Source: Podarcis erhardii (Eukaryota). Taken from it: a stretch of 64,000 bases of DNA. Location of the stretch: the NCBI GenBank assembly GCA_964252035.1, contig OZ176204.1; one strand, 5' to 3'. Every line of letters begins with the position of its first letter. Position 1 is the first letter of the stretch. Positions 35,110-46,465 of the stretch are shown here, piece by piece. Both the position numbers and the translations under genes were made by a program. The notes beneath the pieces were generated by a model. The model ran no database searches. It was given only the letters and a program-made list of their open reading frames with translations, and was not told the DNA's origin.

Positions 35110-35435
35110 CAAGTGTGGGGCACCTCAGGCCCTGGAGCCTAATGTGGCCCTTCACACCTCTCTGTTGGCCTTTGAAACTCTCAACACTCCAGGCCCCCCT
35201 CACTCCAGGCCACACCCCTCATTGGTCCTGCTTCACAACCTGAACATTTCTGGATAATGAGTGCCTCTTGCTTGCCTGAATGGAGGATAAGGAGATTGTA
35301 TGACTGTGTAGAAACTTGTCTACTCTGCAAAGGAAAAAGAAACATTAGTTGGTCTGCCCACTTTTTCCTCTGACCCCATCAGCCCCTGGCTACCTAGAGG
35401 AGAAGTACTGCTTTAAAAAGCCCCCCACCTCCTGC
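35110..35435 (+). mobile_element. Non-autonomous hAT-like element, degraded
   Basis: GGCCCTGGAGCCTAATGTGGCCCT...CCAGGCCACACCCCTC...AAAAAGCCCCCCACCTCCTG; a related 3' end lies near 10110-10170. Confidence 0.45.
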
Positions 35436-35603
35436 TCCACCATACACAAGCTCCCGTCATATTCTCTGCTTTTGATTTGGAGTATTTAAATCAAATACTA
35501 TTTTATTGCACTGTTTTAACATTGTTTCTCACTCTGATGTTGTGTGACCAACAAAGCATGGGTTTTAATGTCAGTAAATAAATAAATCACAATGGCAGGC
35601 ATT

Positions 35604-36081
35604 TTGCTAGTCAGCAAGGTCCATATAGTTAAAGCCATGGATTTTCTAGTAGTGATGTATGGAAGTGAGAGCTGGACCATAAAGAAGGCTGATCGCCGAA
35701 GAATTGATGCTTTTGAATTATGGTGCTGGAGGAGACTCTCGAGAGTCGCATGGACTGCAAGAAGATCAAACCTATCCATTCTTAAGGAAATCAGCCCTGA
35801 GTGCTCACTGGAAGGACAGATCGTGAACCTGAGGCTCCAATACTTTGGCCACCTCATGAGAAGAGAAAACTCCCTGGAAAAGACCCTGATGTTGGGAAAG
35901 ATGGAGGGCACAAGGAGAAGGGGACGACAGAGGATGAGATGGTTGGACAGTGTTCTTGAAGCTACGAACAAGAGTTTGACCAAACTGTGGGAGGCAGTGG
36001 AAGACAGGAGTGCTTGGCGTGCTCTGGTCCATGGGGTCACGATGAGTCGGACACGACTAAATGACTAAACAACAACAACAA
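35604..36081 (+). mobile_element. BovB (RTE) LINE, 5'-truncated, ORF2 C-terminus open
   Basis: ORF 35592-36068: VKAMDFLVVMYGSESWTIKKADRRRIDAFELWCWRR...LQYFGHLMRRENSLEKTLMLGKMEG.RRRGRQRMRWLD...AWRALVHGVTMSRTRLND; (CAA)n tail. Confidence 0.95.
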
Positions 36082-36203
36082 TAAAGAGAATGCTACCGAG
36101 CATGTCCAAAAGAATCACTAAGTAGCCAGTCTACCTCTTCACATTTGGGATTAGTTTTCCTCGAGATCTATTGTTTGTGTTTGTTTGCTTGTTTACTTGG
36201 CTT

Positions 36204-36570
36204 CAGTGGCATAGGGTGAAATTTTTCATAGGGCAACAGTTAGGGCCAGAGACTCCAGCTTGTGATGCCGATGGGGGGAGGTTGTGACGTTGTGCAGGTG
36301 AGCATCAAGCCTCTCTCCCTAAGTTCAGCCAAAGTTTCCTAAGTTTTGAGAAGGAAGCACCAGGGCTCTGAAAGCATGCTGAAGTCCTCCTTCCTCCTTC
36401 CTAAAGCCAGGTGAACTTCGGGAAGGTGGTGGGAGGGCTCTTGGACGAGTCAGAGTATCATACCTCCCTCCCTAAGCTGGGCACAAACTTCCCGGGCTTT
36501 GAGAACAAGACAGCAGGGGAACATTTAGGGGACTAGCCTGGTCCCCCAGTCCACTGACCACACACCACTG
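36204..36570. mobile_element. 367-bp hAT-type MITE
   Basis: Ends CAGTGGCATAG / ACACACCACTG; exact 8-bp TSD CTTGGCTT at 36196-36203 and 36571-36578. Confidence 0.85.
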
Positions 36571-37496
36571 CTTGGCTTATGGAATCATAAATATTGTGAC
36601 TTATTTGGAACTCTTGTGATAGAGATAGGAGGGTGTAATTCATGTACTAGGAGTTTTGCCTGTTGTTTAAGTTTTATTTTTTAGAAGGTATTGAAATGTG
36701 AATGTCTATTTTTAAGATGTTTAATACCACCCACCCACCCACCCTCTTTCTTTTTGTCATTACTGTGGTTTATTTGTTCAGGTCAGATGCTTTGGGAAGC
36801 TGGAAAGTGAAAAGAGAAACACAAGCACAAGCATTTGACAACTCACAAATAAGAAGTAATTACAGTGAGAAGCACAATCTGTGGGAGAACTGGGGGAATG
36901 TTTGCCAGGAATCTTGAGGGAACCACCTTGGCAAATTTGACTGGGATGAAAGGAAGATGGAGTCAGCAAAGTTCAACTAAGAAGCAGGCCCTGCATTTTT
37001 AACAGGGTTTGTAATTAAGCAATGAAATGGATTGGGGAGGGGGATAGTTCATAGGTGATAGTTCCTCCCTCCCCCAGGAACTTGATGACTGACTTGTGTT
37101 CAAGCTCAAAAATTAATGCTAAACAGGCTTTGCAGTCATTGTCCTCAGTTTCCTCACAGTCTCTTCTTGTCTCCTGAGTTGACTCATGACAACTAGATTT
37201 CTCCCCCCCACCATAATATTCTTTATTGATTTTCATTTACATACTCCACATACACATATTGTATTACATTTTACATTTATATTTGCTCCTAAGAGCTGAC
37301 TTCCTTCCTTCCTTCTTCTGGCTTTTTATATCACATCTAAATTTTTCGCATTGTCTTTATCCATTTTGTATATTATTGTTCATGTTTCGTATTTGTCCAT
37401 TGAGTGTCTATAGCCAAATAAATCCTCCTGTATATGCAATTCTTATTGTGTGTCTGTATTCATTTACAACTAGCATTGGTTATATTAATCACATTA

Positions 37497-37738
37497 CAGT
37501 GGTACCTCAGGTTAAGTACTTAATTCGTTCTGGAGGTCCGTTCTTAACCTGAAACTGTTCTTAACCTGAAGCACTACTTTAGCTAATGGGGCCTCCTGCT
37601 GCTGCTGCGACGCTGGAGCACAATTTCTTTTCTCATCCTGAAGCAAAGTTCTTAACCTGAAGCAATATTTCTGGGTTAACGGAGTCTGTAACCTGAAGTG
37701 TATGTAACCTGAAGTGTATGTAACCCGTGGTACCACTG
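37497..37738 (-). mobile_element. 242-bp Tc1/mariner-type MITE
   Basis: Reverse complement of the 6165-6406 family; CAGTGGTACC TIRs and TA TSD. Confidence 0.9.
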
Positions 37739-38746
37739 TATACATTTTACTTTTTATTATTTTCTTTATCCAGAAATTTTCTTTGTATTTCACATGATGA
37801 GGTTTATTTCAGTTCTACTGGTTTCACTATTTCACCTTAGCCTTCCTATGTATGACATACATTTTTCCCATTCTTTTTGAAATGTTTCATCGCCCTGTTG
37901 TCAAAATTTCCCCATTAATGCATATTCCATTACATCTAGATTTCTAATGGGAATGTCACTCAATGATGGATGAAGTGGTATGGTCACTCTAGGTGCTGGG
38001 CTTCAGACTCAGAGAGAGTATAGCTGTCTTATGCACATGGAACTGAGAGATGGTGCCATTATGCCAGGCAGCAAAATGCCTTGAGCCAGTCTTTGGTGGG
38101 GTAAATTGCACCCCCCTCCACCCTTTTCTATTTATTTTGCCCTGCATGGCTATAATGCCTAAAGAATGCTACCATTGCCACCAATATAACACCCATCTTA
38201 CTAACTATTCTGAGAGTTTCCAACCTCATAAAAAACAAATATAAGACATTTGTTTTGTTTTTGTATTCAATTTTAGTGAGGTTCGCTGAAAACAGAGGAT
38301 GGGGGGGGGGAGTTTGGTTTTCCCTTGTTGCTTTTAATTTACATCAAGATCTTTAATAAACACAGTTTAGCCACTGGGAGGCTAAATTTATTTAAATCAA
38401 TATCTAATTAGGTTCCTTAATGCATTACCTTTCACTTTGGAAATTTAAGAAATCTAAGCAATTAAGCTTGTGTAGTGGTATCCTACTGTTCTCTGTTTGT
38501 TTCCATGCAACGACTTTTGCACGTAATTGATCTCTGCTGAACCTTAGCAGGGTATCGATTTATTTCAATACCAGGTACTTGTTCATCATGGGGGGCAGGG
38601 ATGAGATAATTATATTTCAGGTGGTACGGCCAAAGGCAGTTGCTCCCATTTACTTTCTTTGGAGGGGGCAGGGATAAGAAATCAGCATGAAAATAATTTT
38701 TTCAAATATAAAAAGCATGTATGTGTGTGTATATATATATATATAT

Positions 38747-38867
38747 TTGCTTTCGTAGATTTTCACGGGTACAGGAATGCAGGTTTTGGTGTCCTCGGGT
38801 GTCTTCCCGTGTAAAAGCCTAGACACCCCAACTTTTACACGGGAAGACACCCGAGGACACCAAAACC

Positions 38868-38872
<5 letters not shown>
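38747..38872. mobile_element. Penelope-like element end with inverted duplication, inserted in (TA)n
   Basis: Perfect 41-bp inverted repeat (38777-38817 / 38832-38872) with a 14-nt spacer; flanked by (TA)n at 38730-38746 and 38871-38913. Family assignment from recalled lizard PLE terminal sequence. Confidence 0.55.
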
Positions 38873-38916
<44 letters not shown>

Positions 38917-39190
38917 AAAACTATAATTATCCACCCTGTTGAGTGCATCAGAATTAATTATTCTGCTAATTAATAATTCTATGTACTTTCTACTCCAATT
39001 TTCTATCCAAAATATTCACAACAAGGCATACAAATATATTGCACATATTCATATGTGCAAGGAAAACAATTAAAACTGAAGCAACATTTCTCTGAAGGTA
39101 TGTTTTCTGAGAAAATTTATTATATTTTTCTTTTTCCTACCCTTTAGAAAAAGGAGGACACGTTGCAGAATTTTCTCCAAATATTCTATA

Positions 39191-39194
<4 letters not shown>

Positions 39195-39245
<51 letters not shown>

Positions 39246-39246
39246 T
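39195..39246. repeat. (CT)n(GT)n microsatellite
   Basis: Read directly from the sequence. Confidence 0.95.
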
Positions 39247-39911
39247 AAGCAATCATTTGCCTGAAACAATGCCCCAGAATGATGCTAGGACCAAAATACT
39301 GTGGAAGATGCATATGGTTATGATATCTTAAGATGTATCCAAATGTATTGTAAATAAACAACTTTCCAAAATATAGTAGTAGATTTTCCTATCCTATTTT
39401 TGTTAATATATGTAAACTTTACTCTAGCAGATGCAATTTTATACACATCACTTGGCTACAGAATTGCAGTGCTAAATTCGGAGAAGTGTGAATTTTCAAG
39501 GGTTGCTGTGTTCTGGTTTGCATACCGTTTCAGAAATTTAGTAGGTTTTCCTTTAAATGTCAAGTGGATCTCTCTCCTCCCCCCAAGTCCTGACTGAGGT
39601 GCCATATTCTGCTTGTTAAAGCACTTTCCTGTCATTTGCGCAGACATCTTTCATTTAACTTAACTACCGGCTACCAGAATTCTTTACTTTTTTTATAAGA
39701 GCCTAATGTTTTCTTTCTTCCTGATAAGCAATAATAATCTGGAGTTAAAAGCTGTTTCAAAATCAGTTGCCAGTCAAGGAATGAAATCAGAACTGTTCAA
39801 GAAGTGACTAGATTTTTTTCTTTGCAAATCATTTACTCAAGGGCATCTTCGTCTTTTTAATCTCCCTTTAAAAATAGTTATTTGGTAGTGGCCAAGTAAT
39901 TCAAGTAATAT

Positions 39912-40530
39912 GGGACGCGGGTGCCGCTGTGGGTTAAAACCACAGAGCCTAGGACTTGTCAATCAGAAGATCGGCAGTTCGAATCCCCGTGACGGGGTGA
40001 GCTCCTGTTGCTCGGTCCCTGCTCCTACCAACCTAGTAGTTCGAAAGCACATCAAAGTGCAAGTAGATAAATAGGGACCGCTCCGGCAGGAAGGTAAACG
40101 GCGTTTCCGTGTGCTGTTCTGGTTCGCCAGAAGCGGCTTAGTCATGCTGGCCACATGACCCGGAAGCTGTACGCTGGCTCCCTTGGCCAGTAAAGCGAGA
40201 TGAGCGCTAGCACCCCAGAGTCTGTCACGACTGGACCTAATGGTCAGGGGTCCCTGCCAACCTAGCAGTTTGAAAGCATGTGAGTGCAAATAGATAAATA
40301 GGTACTGCTGTGGTGGGAAGGTAAACAGCATTTCCATGCGCTCTGGTTTCCGTCACAGTGTCCCATTGCACCAGAAGCGGTTTAGTCATGCTGGCCACAT
40401 GACCCGGAAAGCTGTCTGTGGACAAATGCTGGCTCCCTCAGCCTGAAAAGCGAGATGAGCGCCACAACCCCATAGTCGCCTTTGACTGGACTTAACCATC
40501 CAGGGGTCCTTTACCTTTTACCTTTTTTTA
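39912..40530 (+). mobile_element. Chimeric Sauria SINE dimer (subfamily i fused to 3' part of subfamily ii)
   Basis: First copy is complete to GGGGTCCCT (about 40255), then continues as GCCAACCTAGCAG... of a second subfamily with its own ACCTTT tail; no TSD. Confidence 0.9.
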
Positions 40531-41046
40531 CTGTCAGGTAAGTGGATACAGGATTGCAGCTTGGTTTTCTTATTACGAAGGGGCAGACAAAACTCAAATA
40601 TAGGTAGTCCATTATATTCAAACTTAATTTATAAAAAGGGTATAAAATCAAATAATTTAAACATATTATTAATAAATAAAAAATATTCTATAACACTTTA
40701 AAATCCTGTTAATTATCTCATTGATATTGCTGTTGGGGCTGAACATTGGAAAGTGAGAATAGGTTTTATTTTTTTACAGAGCACTTAGGAAAAATCCTAT
40801 CTGTTTTTCCTTACCACTTTGCCTGTAAAATGATAATAAAAAATCAAACAATCAATAATATTTTTTTTAAAAGAATGAAAGAATCACTTTGCTTTTCACA
40901 GTCCCCACCCCCAGTGGCTACAGGCCTTAGGAATCTGGCCTCTGCATACATTAACCTCAAAGTTAGCTCAATTGATCACAAGTGGGATTTACTAATATAA
41001 AACATTCAATAATCAGACCAGATTAAGATTGGTTCAAGGATTAAAA

Positions 41047-41408
41047 AGGTAAAGGTAAAGGACCCCTGACAGTTAAGTCCAGTTGCAAATGACTCTGGGG
41101 TTGCGGCGCTCATCTCACTCATCTCATCTCTCCCTCACTGGCCGAGGGAGCTGACTTTTGTCCTCAGACAGTTTTTCTGGGTCATGTGGCCAGCATGACT
41201 AAGCTACTTCTGGCGAAACCAGAGCAGCGCACGGAAACACCATTTATCTTCCCGCTGGAGTGGTACCTGTTTATCTACTTGCACTTTGACGTGGTTTCGA
41301 ACTACTAGGTTGGCAGGAGCTGGGACCGAGCAACGGGAGCTCACCCTGTTGCGGGGATTCAAATTGCCAGCCTTCCAATTGGCAAGCCCTAGGCTCAGTG
41401 GTTTAGAG
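41047..41408 (-). mobile_element. Sauria SINE, slightly 5'-truncated
   Basis: AAAGGTAAAGGTAAAGGACCCCTG tail and full body; the head ends at GTGGTTTAGA. Confidence 0.9.
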
Positions 41409-44400
41409 CTATACTAATTTGAGTAGGAGGAGGAAGAAAAACATGGCCTTTTTAATACAAAGATGCATCACTCTGATTAAAGAAACCAAAATTTGATGCC
41501 ATGAATATTAAGTCCCCCTTTGCAGTCATTTTATACTTCCTTATATATATTCACAGCAGCTGTGTGTTGTAGACTATGCTGAACGCTGGTAAATGGCCCA
41601 GGGCAGGAAATGAGCAAAAACAATGATGAGTTAAGTGAAAGTAAAATATGAAAATGTACATCCTGGGAGTATTTTTTGTAGCCTCAAAAAGCTTATAGTA
41701 TAATAAATTTGTTAGCCTTGTGTCTTGGACTTATGCTGTGTTATCTTATTTCACGTGTTCCTTTTTGGGAGAAAATGGGCTCTATTTTGAAAATGTTGCA
41801 TCAGAGCCCGCAACCACCTTAATCTAGCCTTGTGTTGGACCACAACTCTCACATTCCCTGACCAAAGGCCATGCTGATGGGTGTTGGAGTCCAGCAACAT
41901 CTGGAGGACCACATGCTCCCCCATGGGTTACAACAGTGTTTCCCCAAGGTTCTCAGTGTTTCCAAGGTTTCCTAAGGTTGGGAAACACCAGGTTAGATGG
42001 ATGCTAGGTGGTCAAAACATTTCTATTTGATGTTGAACATAAGTACTGCCACACATTCAAACTTTTGTGGCTGGGTGTCCCACCACTTCATCCGCCATCA
42101 CCACTTTGTAGAACTGTTGTGCTTGTTCCACTTCTGTCATATATATTCTAGCTCTCTAGTCTTTTATAGCTGTAGAGAGTATTGAATTTATATTTATGGG
42201 CAACCCACTTGATAAAAATATGGATGTATGTGGGGAAGAGATGTTACTCCATATGGACAAGCTATAATGAGTTCCTCCTCACTTGTCACTTCCGTTGACA
42301 TAAAGCACTAACAAGTTAAAATATTTCAACATTTATTCCACTGAAATAGCCTCTAACTTTCCAGGCAGCTGTTTGCATAATAGTAACCTACACACAAAAG
42401 GAGAAGCAAAACTGAGAGCTATCTATTTGACTCTATTAGGGGCCACCAAAACCTTTCTAGTGTCTCCACAAGTAATAGTTGCATGACGTAATCAGTCAAC
42501 TTCATTAAATGCATTAATTGATAGACCCCCAGAGCTATAGAGTAATATGCTACATTGAAGTGAGTTGATAACCCAGGGCTTTAGAAATTAAAAATGACAA
42601 TGGAATCTGCAGACTTGGGGCAATACAATTTCCTATCCTGGTTAAGCTCTCAATAGGAAGGGATTATGGGAGATGAATTTGTGCTGCATGGGACACATTT
42701 AGTAATTTATAATGACATCTGAGTTGACAAATTGGGCCTTTATAACATATTGGTTCCTGGTGCTTAGAAAACATCATGCTGTAAATCAATGATAGAGGCT
42801 ATCTCTCCAACGTGACAACATTCGACAATCTGTCCAAGACATGTGTTGGTGACGAAATGTGATTTTTAATAAGTGGGGTATTTCGGTAGTGGGGGAAGAG
42901 ACAGAGTGCCAAAGCCACTTGAAAAATAGAGCCAATCAGGAAGAGATTTTTGGTGAGGATGAACACAAATAATCATGCAACTGTTGTGCATCTAGTAAAG
43001 TCAGTTAATAGGATAATAAGTAACACAAGTGAAAAAGCCACATTTCATTTTATACAATTGTACAAGAATCTCCTATATATTTCTCCACACCCACCTTTTG
43101 GGCTGTTTCATACATTACACAGCAGTGACACCAACAATGCATTCAACTCAAAGCCTTGGCCAGTCCTGGTTGCCAAACTACATGTAACCCTCCCCCCCCC
43201 CTTAAAGCATACTTTAAAAATGGCTGCTTTTATTTCAGAGAAATAAAGCAGCAGCAGTGCCCCATTCTGGAATGTGCCCTTGATCTGGATTAGGGGTTCC
43301 TACCATTTTCCCACTGAAAATTAATACCCACACACTCCAACCACAATTTTCTACCAAAGAGCTGCTTACTGTAAACAAATAGCAGCAGCAAATGTGATGA
43401 TATTTGGTGGGAAATGTAGATGGGGCCTGTTGCAGATCAGGGTCCTGAATAGGAGTGTCACATATATGGGCAAAAATGTCAATTTTTATTTGGCTCAGTT
43501 TATCCTTTTCCCAGTCATAAAAGTTAATATCTCTACATTTCCACAGCTATCTGTGCTGTTGTTGTTTCTTTTCTTTTCTTTTCTTTTCCTTTCTTTAAAA
43601 AGGGGTCTCGTGTAAATTCATCAGCATTTCAGTTTGAATTTTGTGGGATAACCAGTCTCATATGACCAACGTGCTTAAGTCCAGTTAATGCATGAAGGGT
43701 TAAGACCATAGAGTAAGCTGTCCTGCCAGGCTTACTTCACCTTTAGAGGAAACAGGTAATCAAGCCTATTTTTCTCTCTAGTCTACCTGAGAAGTTCAGT
43801 GTGTAAAGATGTTTGAGCTGGTTGCTCCAAGCTCTGACCACATGGCTCTTACAAGCCACTCTTGAGCTCCTATACCAATAATTTATGAACTTTCACCACT
43901 GTAACTAAGCAAAGTTTTACTGCCTGTGTAACTTTTTCCAAATGTTGTATAGAAAAGCAGATAAATCTGACATTTGGAGAGTTTGTAAGTAAACAATTTT
44001 TAACTTACCAAACGTGTGGTCTTTTTCTATGCTAGGGGAAGAGGGGGACTTTGGAAGGAAGAGCATATTTTAAAGGTCTAACAGCCTATATTTCCACATT
44101 TTCCTTTGGTGCATATGTTGTCATTTTGAATCTTTCCTGGAGTTCTCTTACCCAAAAAATACTTGCCTCAAACCTGGATCTTGCCATCCATGAATTCTCT
44201 TTTTAGACCTATATTTTTTCCTTGCAGAACAACTTTCTCACCATGTACATGTTTGTATCTAATATTATCTAATCTGTTACGTTCTTATGATAGAATGGAG
44301 GATTCTCCCCTACACAAAGAAAACTAGAATCATGTTAGAAGCAGAGATTTGCAAACAGCTGCTGTAGCCTTTTCTTCTGTTCATTTTCATGTCAGTGTTC

Positions 44401-44617
44401 ACACAGTATTTTCACTTGCTGCAGTCTCCAAGCATCCATCCATCCACCTGTTAAAATAAGCTTCTTGGTCCAACATTCAAATACTCAAGGTGCTGCTTCC
44501 TTCCCTCTCTGCATCTAGTCCTACCAACAGCCCCCTCTTATGGGAATGTTCAGGGAGGTAGGAGAGGATATATTGTTTGATTATATCCTTTCCAACTTGT
44601 GTTAACAAGTTCTACAA

Positions 44618-45127
44618 TTTAGCAGAGTAACATTTCCCTTTTTTAAACTTGCACAGCGGATGCATTTGCTCAGGCTCGCTAAAGCCTCTAAAATAAGTTA
44701 CCTGGTAATTTCCCCTTTAGTCCCTCATAAAAGAAATAGACACAACACAGTCTTCTATAAACGTATAAAAAGAGTTTACTTACTCACATTCTGTTCACAG
44801 ATGGATCCCAGAAGGCAGACTTAAGTAATATACCTGGAAACTATCCCAGCTCCTTTGTCTGGAAGCCAAGAGAGCATCTTAGGCTAAGAAGATGTTGCTT
44901 CTTCAACGAATGTAGTCAGAGAGAGAGAGATGGCGTCCAGTCCTATGCTTTTGTAACCTGCACAGGTGAGGCCACACACCCACCTCTGGTTACATGTAAA
45001 TACATATGTAAGATATGTAAATCTGTCCCAGCCTAGGAGGAAACAGGAAGTTCCGACTGGCTGGTCCAGACATCCCTTTTTTATGTCCACTCTAGGGATG
45101 TTGTACTTGACTGCTCTGTGTTTCACA
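44618..45127. mobile_element. Solo-LTR-like dispersed repeat, copy 2
   Basis: Similar to 17177-17722 in the same orientation. Confidence 0.5.
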
Positions 45128-46402
45128 TTCCACACCTCTGTCCCAAGCCCTTGGGTACTGGCAGTTTAAAACAAGCAAATTCACAAGTAGCTTAAAATTG
45201 TCACAAATGTTCCATCACACCATAGCAGCTGAGCCAATAGATGGGGAGGGCTCATTTCAACTATCTGAAACCAGAGCACTTGTTGCCAACAGCTACAGCA
45301 GTTTCAGCAGCCTGCAGTTACCTGCTTTTTATTTTATCTGATCTTTTCAGGAGGCATATTGTACATTTTGGGCAAATCTCTGTGTCCAGTGCTTAAATCT
45401 GATACCTAAGTTTCTCTATATGACCATTGCCTTGCCCTCGGCAATTATCCAGACCGACTTTCACTCTGAAAATAGATAGTCATAGATAATAAATATACAT
45501 AGATAATCTAGGTCCTAATCTAGATTCTAGAATCACAAACACTAGCAATTATTTTAGTTCTTCTTTAAAACTTTAGGCAAGGGCTATAACCTCTTCTAGT
45601 TTTGTCATTTAGCATTTGGTTTGCAAGCAAGCTATACAAATGAACCCACTTAAATTATCTGTCTTTTTTTAAAAAAAAAAACACGTGAAATGATGTAAAA
45701 TTAGCAGAATATCCACAAGACAAATAATAGCATTCTTGCCAGACTCAAATATACATCTCTGTTATAGATCTAAACTGCCGTAGCCTTTGGCAAACTCCTA
45801 CCATGAAGACATGGAAAATAATTCTATCTGCTACAGTTAATATCCAGCCAAGAGCGATCTACTCATCTTAGAATCAGCGTACTCTAGCACTATGTTGTGA
45901 TGTTACAGGATCGTTTCTAATGCCATAAATGCATTGGAGAGTTACTGAGGGGTAACGACATGTGAAAAGCAACAGAAGCTGGTAGTTACACTGCTTGGCA
46001 CAGAGCTTCAATAGCCATATTACAGGGTGTACAAAGGCTCCCTTTAATAAGAGATACTTTTCAGTGCTTACATTTTCAGCGAAATTGGTGTATTCTGGAG
46101 GTTTTCAAAGGCCACATCCACACAATACATGTGAAACACTATTATACAACTTTAAACAGTCATGGCTTCACCCAAAGAATTCTGGGAGTTACAGTTGCTA
46201 AGGGTGCTGAGAGTTGCTAGGTGACCCCCTATTCCCCTCCCAGAGCTACAATTTCCAAAGTTTCCTGTAAAGACAAATAGATTATTCCAGGCCATTTTAG
46301 AGGTTGCCTCCCTTGTGAGGAAGGAGTACAATACTGCAGAAGACAGTGTCCTCCTCACTTCTGGACCCTGCAATCCTATGTTCTTTGGGACCACAAAAAG
46401 GG

Positions 46403-46404
46403 GT

Positions 46405-46461
<57 letters not shown>
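46403..46461. repeat. (GT)n(GA)n microsatellite
   Basis: Read directly from the sequence. Confidence 0.95.

Positions 46462-46465
<4 letters not shown>

Noticed and set aside
35516-36068. 158-aa and 174-aa ORFs as host genes
   Set aside because: They are the BovB ORF2 C-terminus and its antisense shadow.
38818-38872. Hammerhead ribozyme in the Penelope-like hairpin
   Set aside because: The catalytic CTGANGA and GAAA boxes are absent from this fragment.
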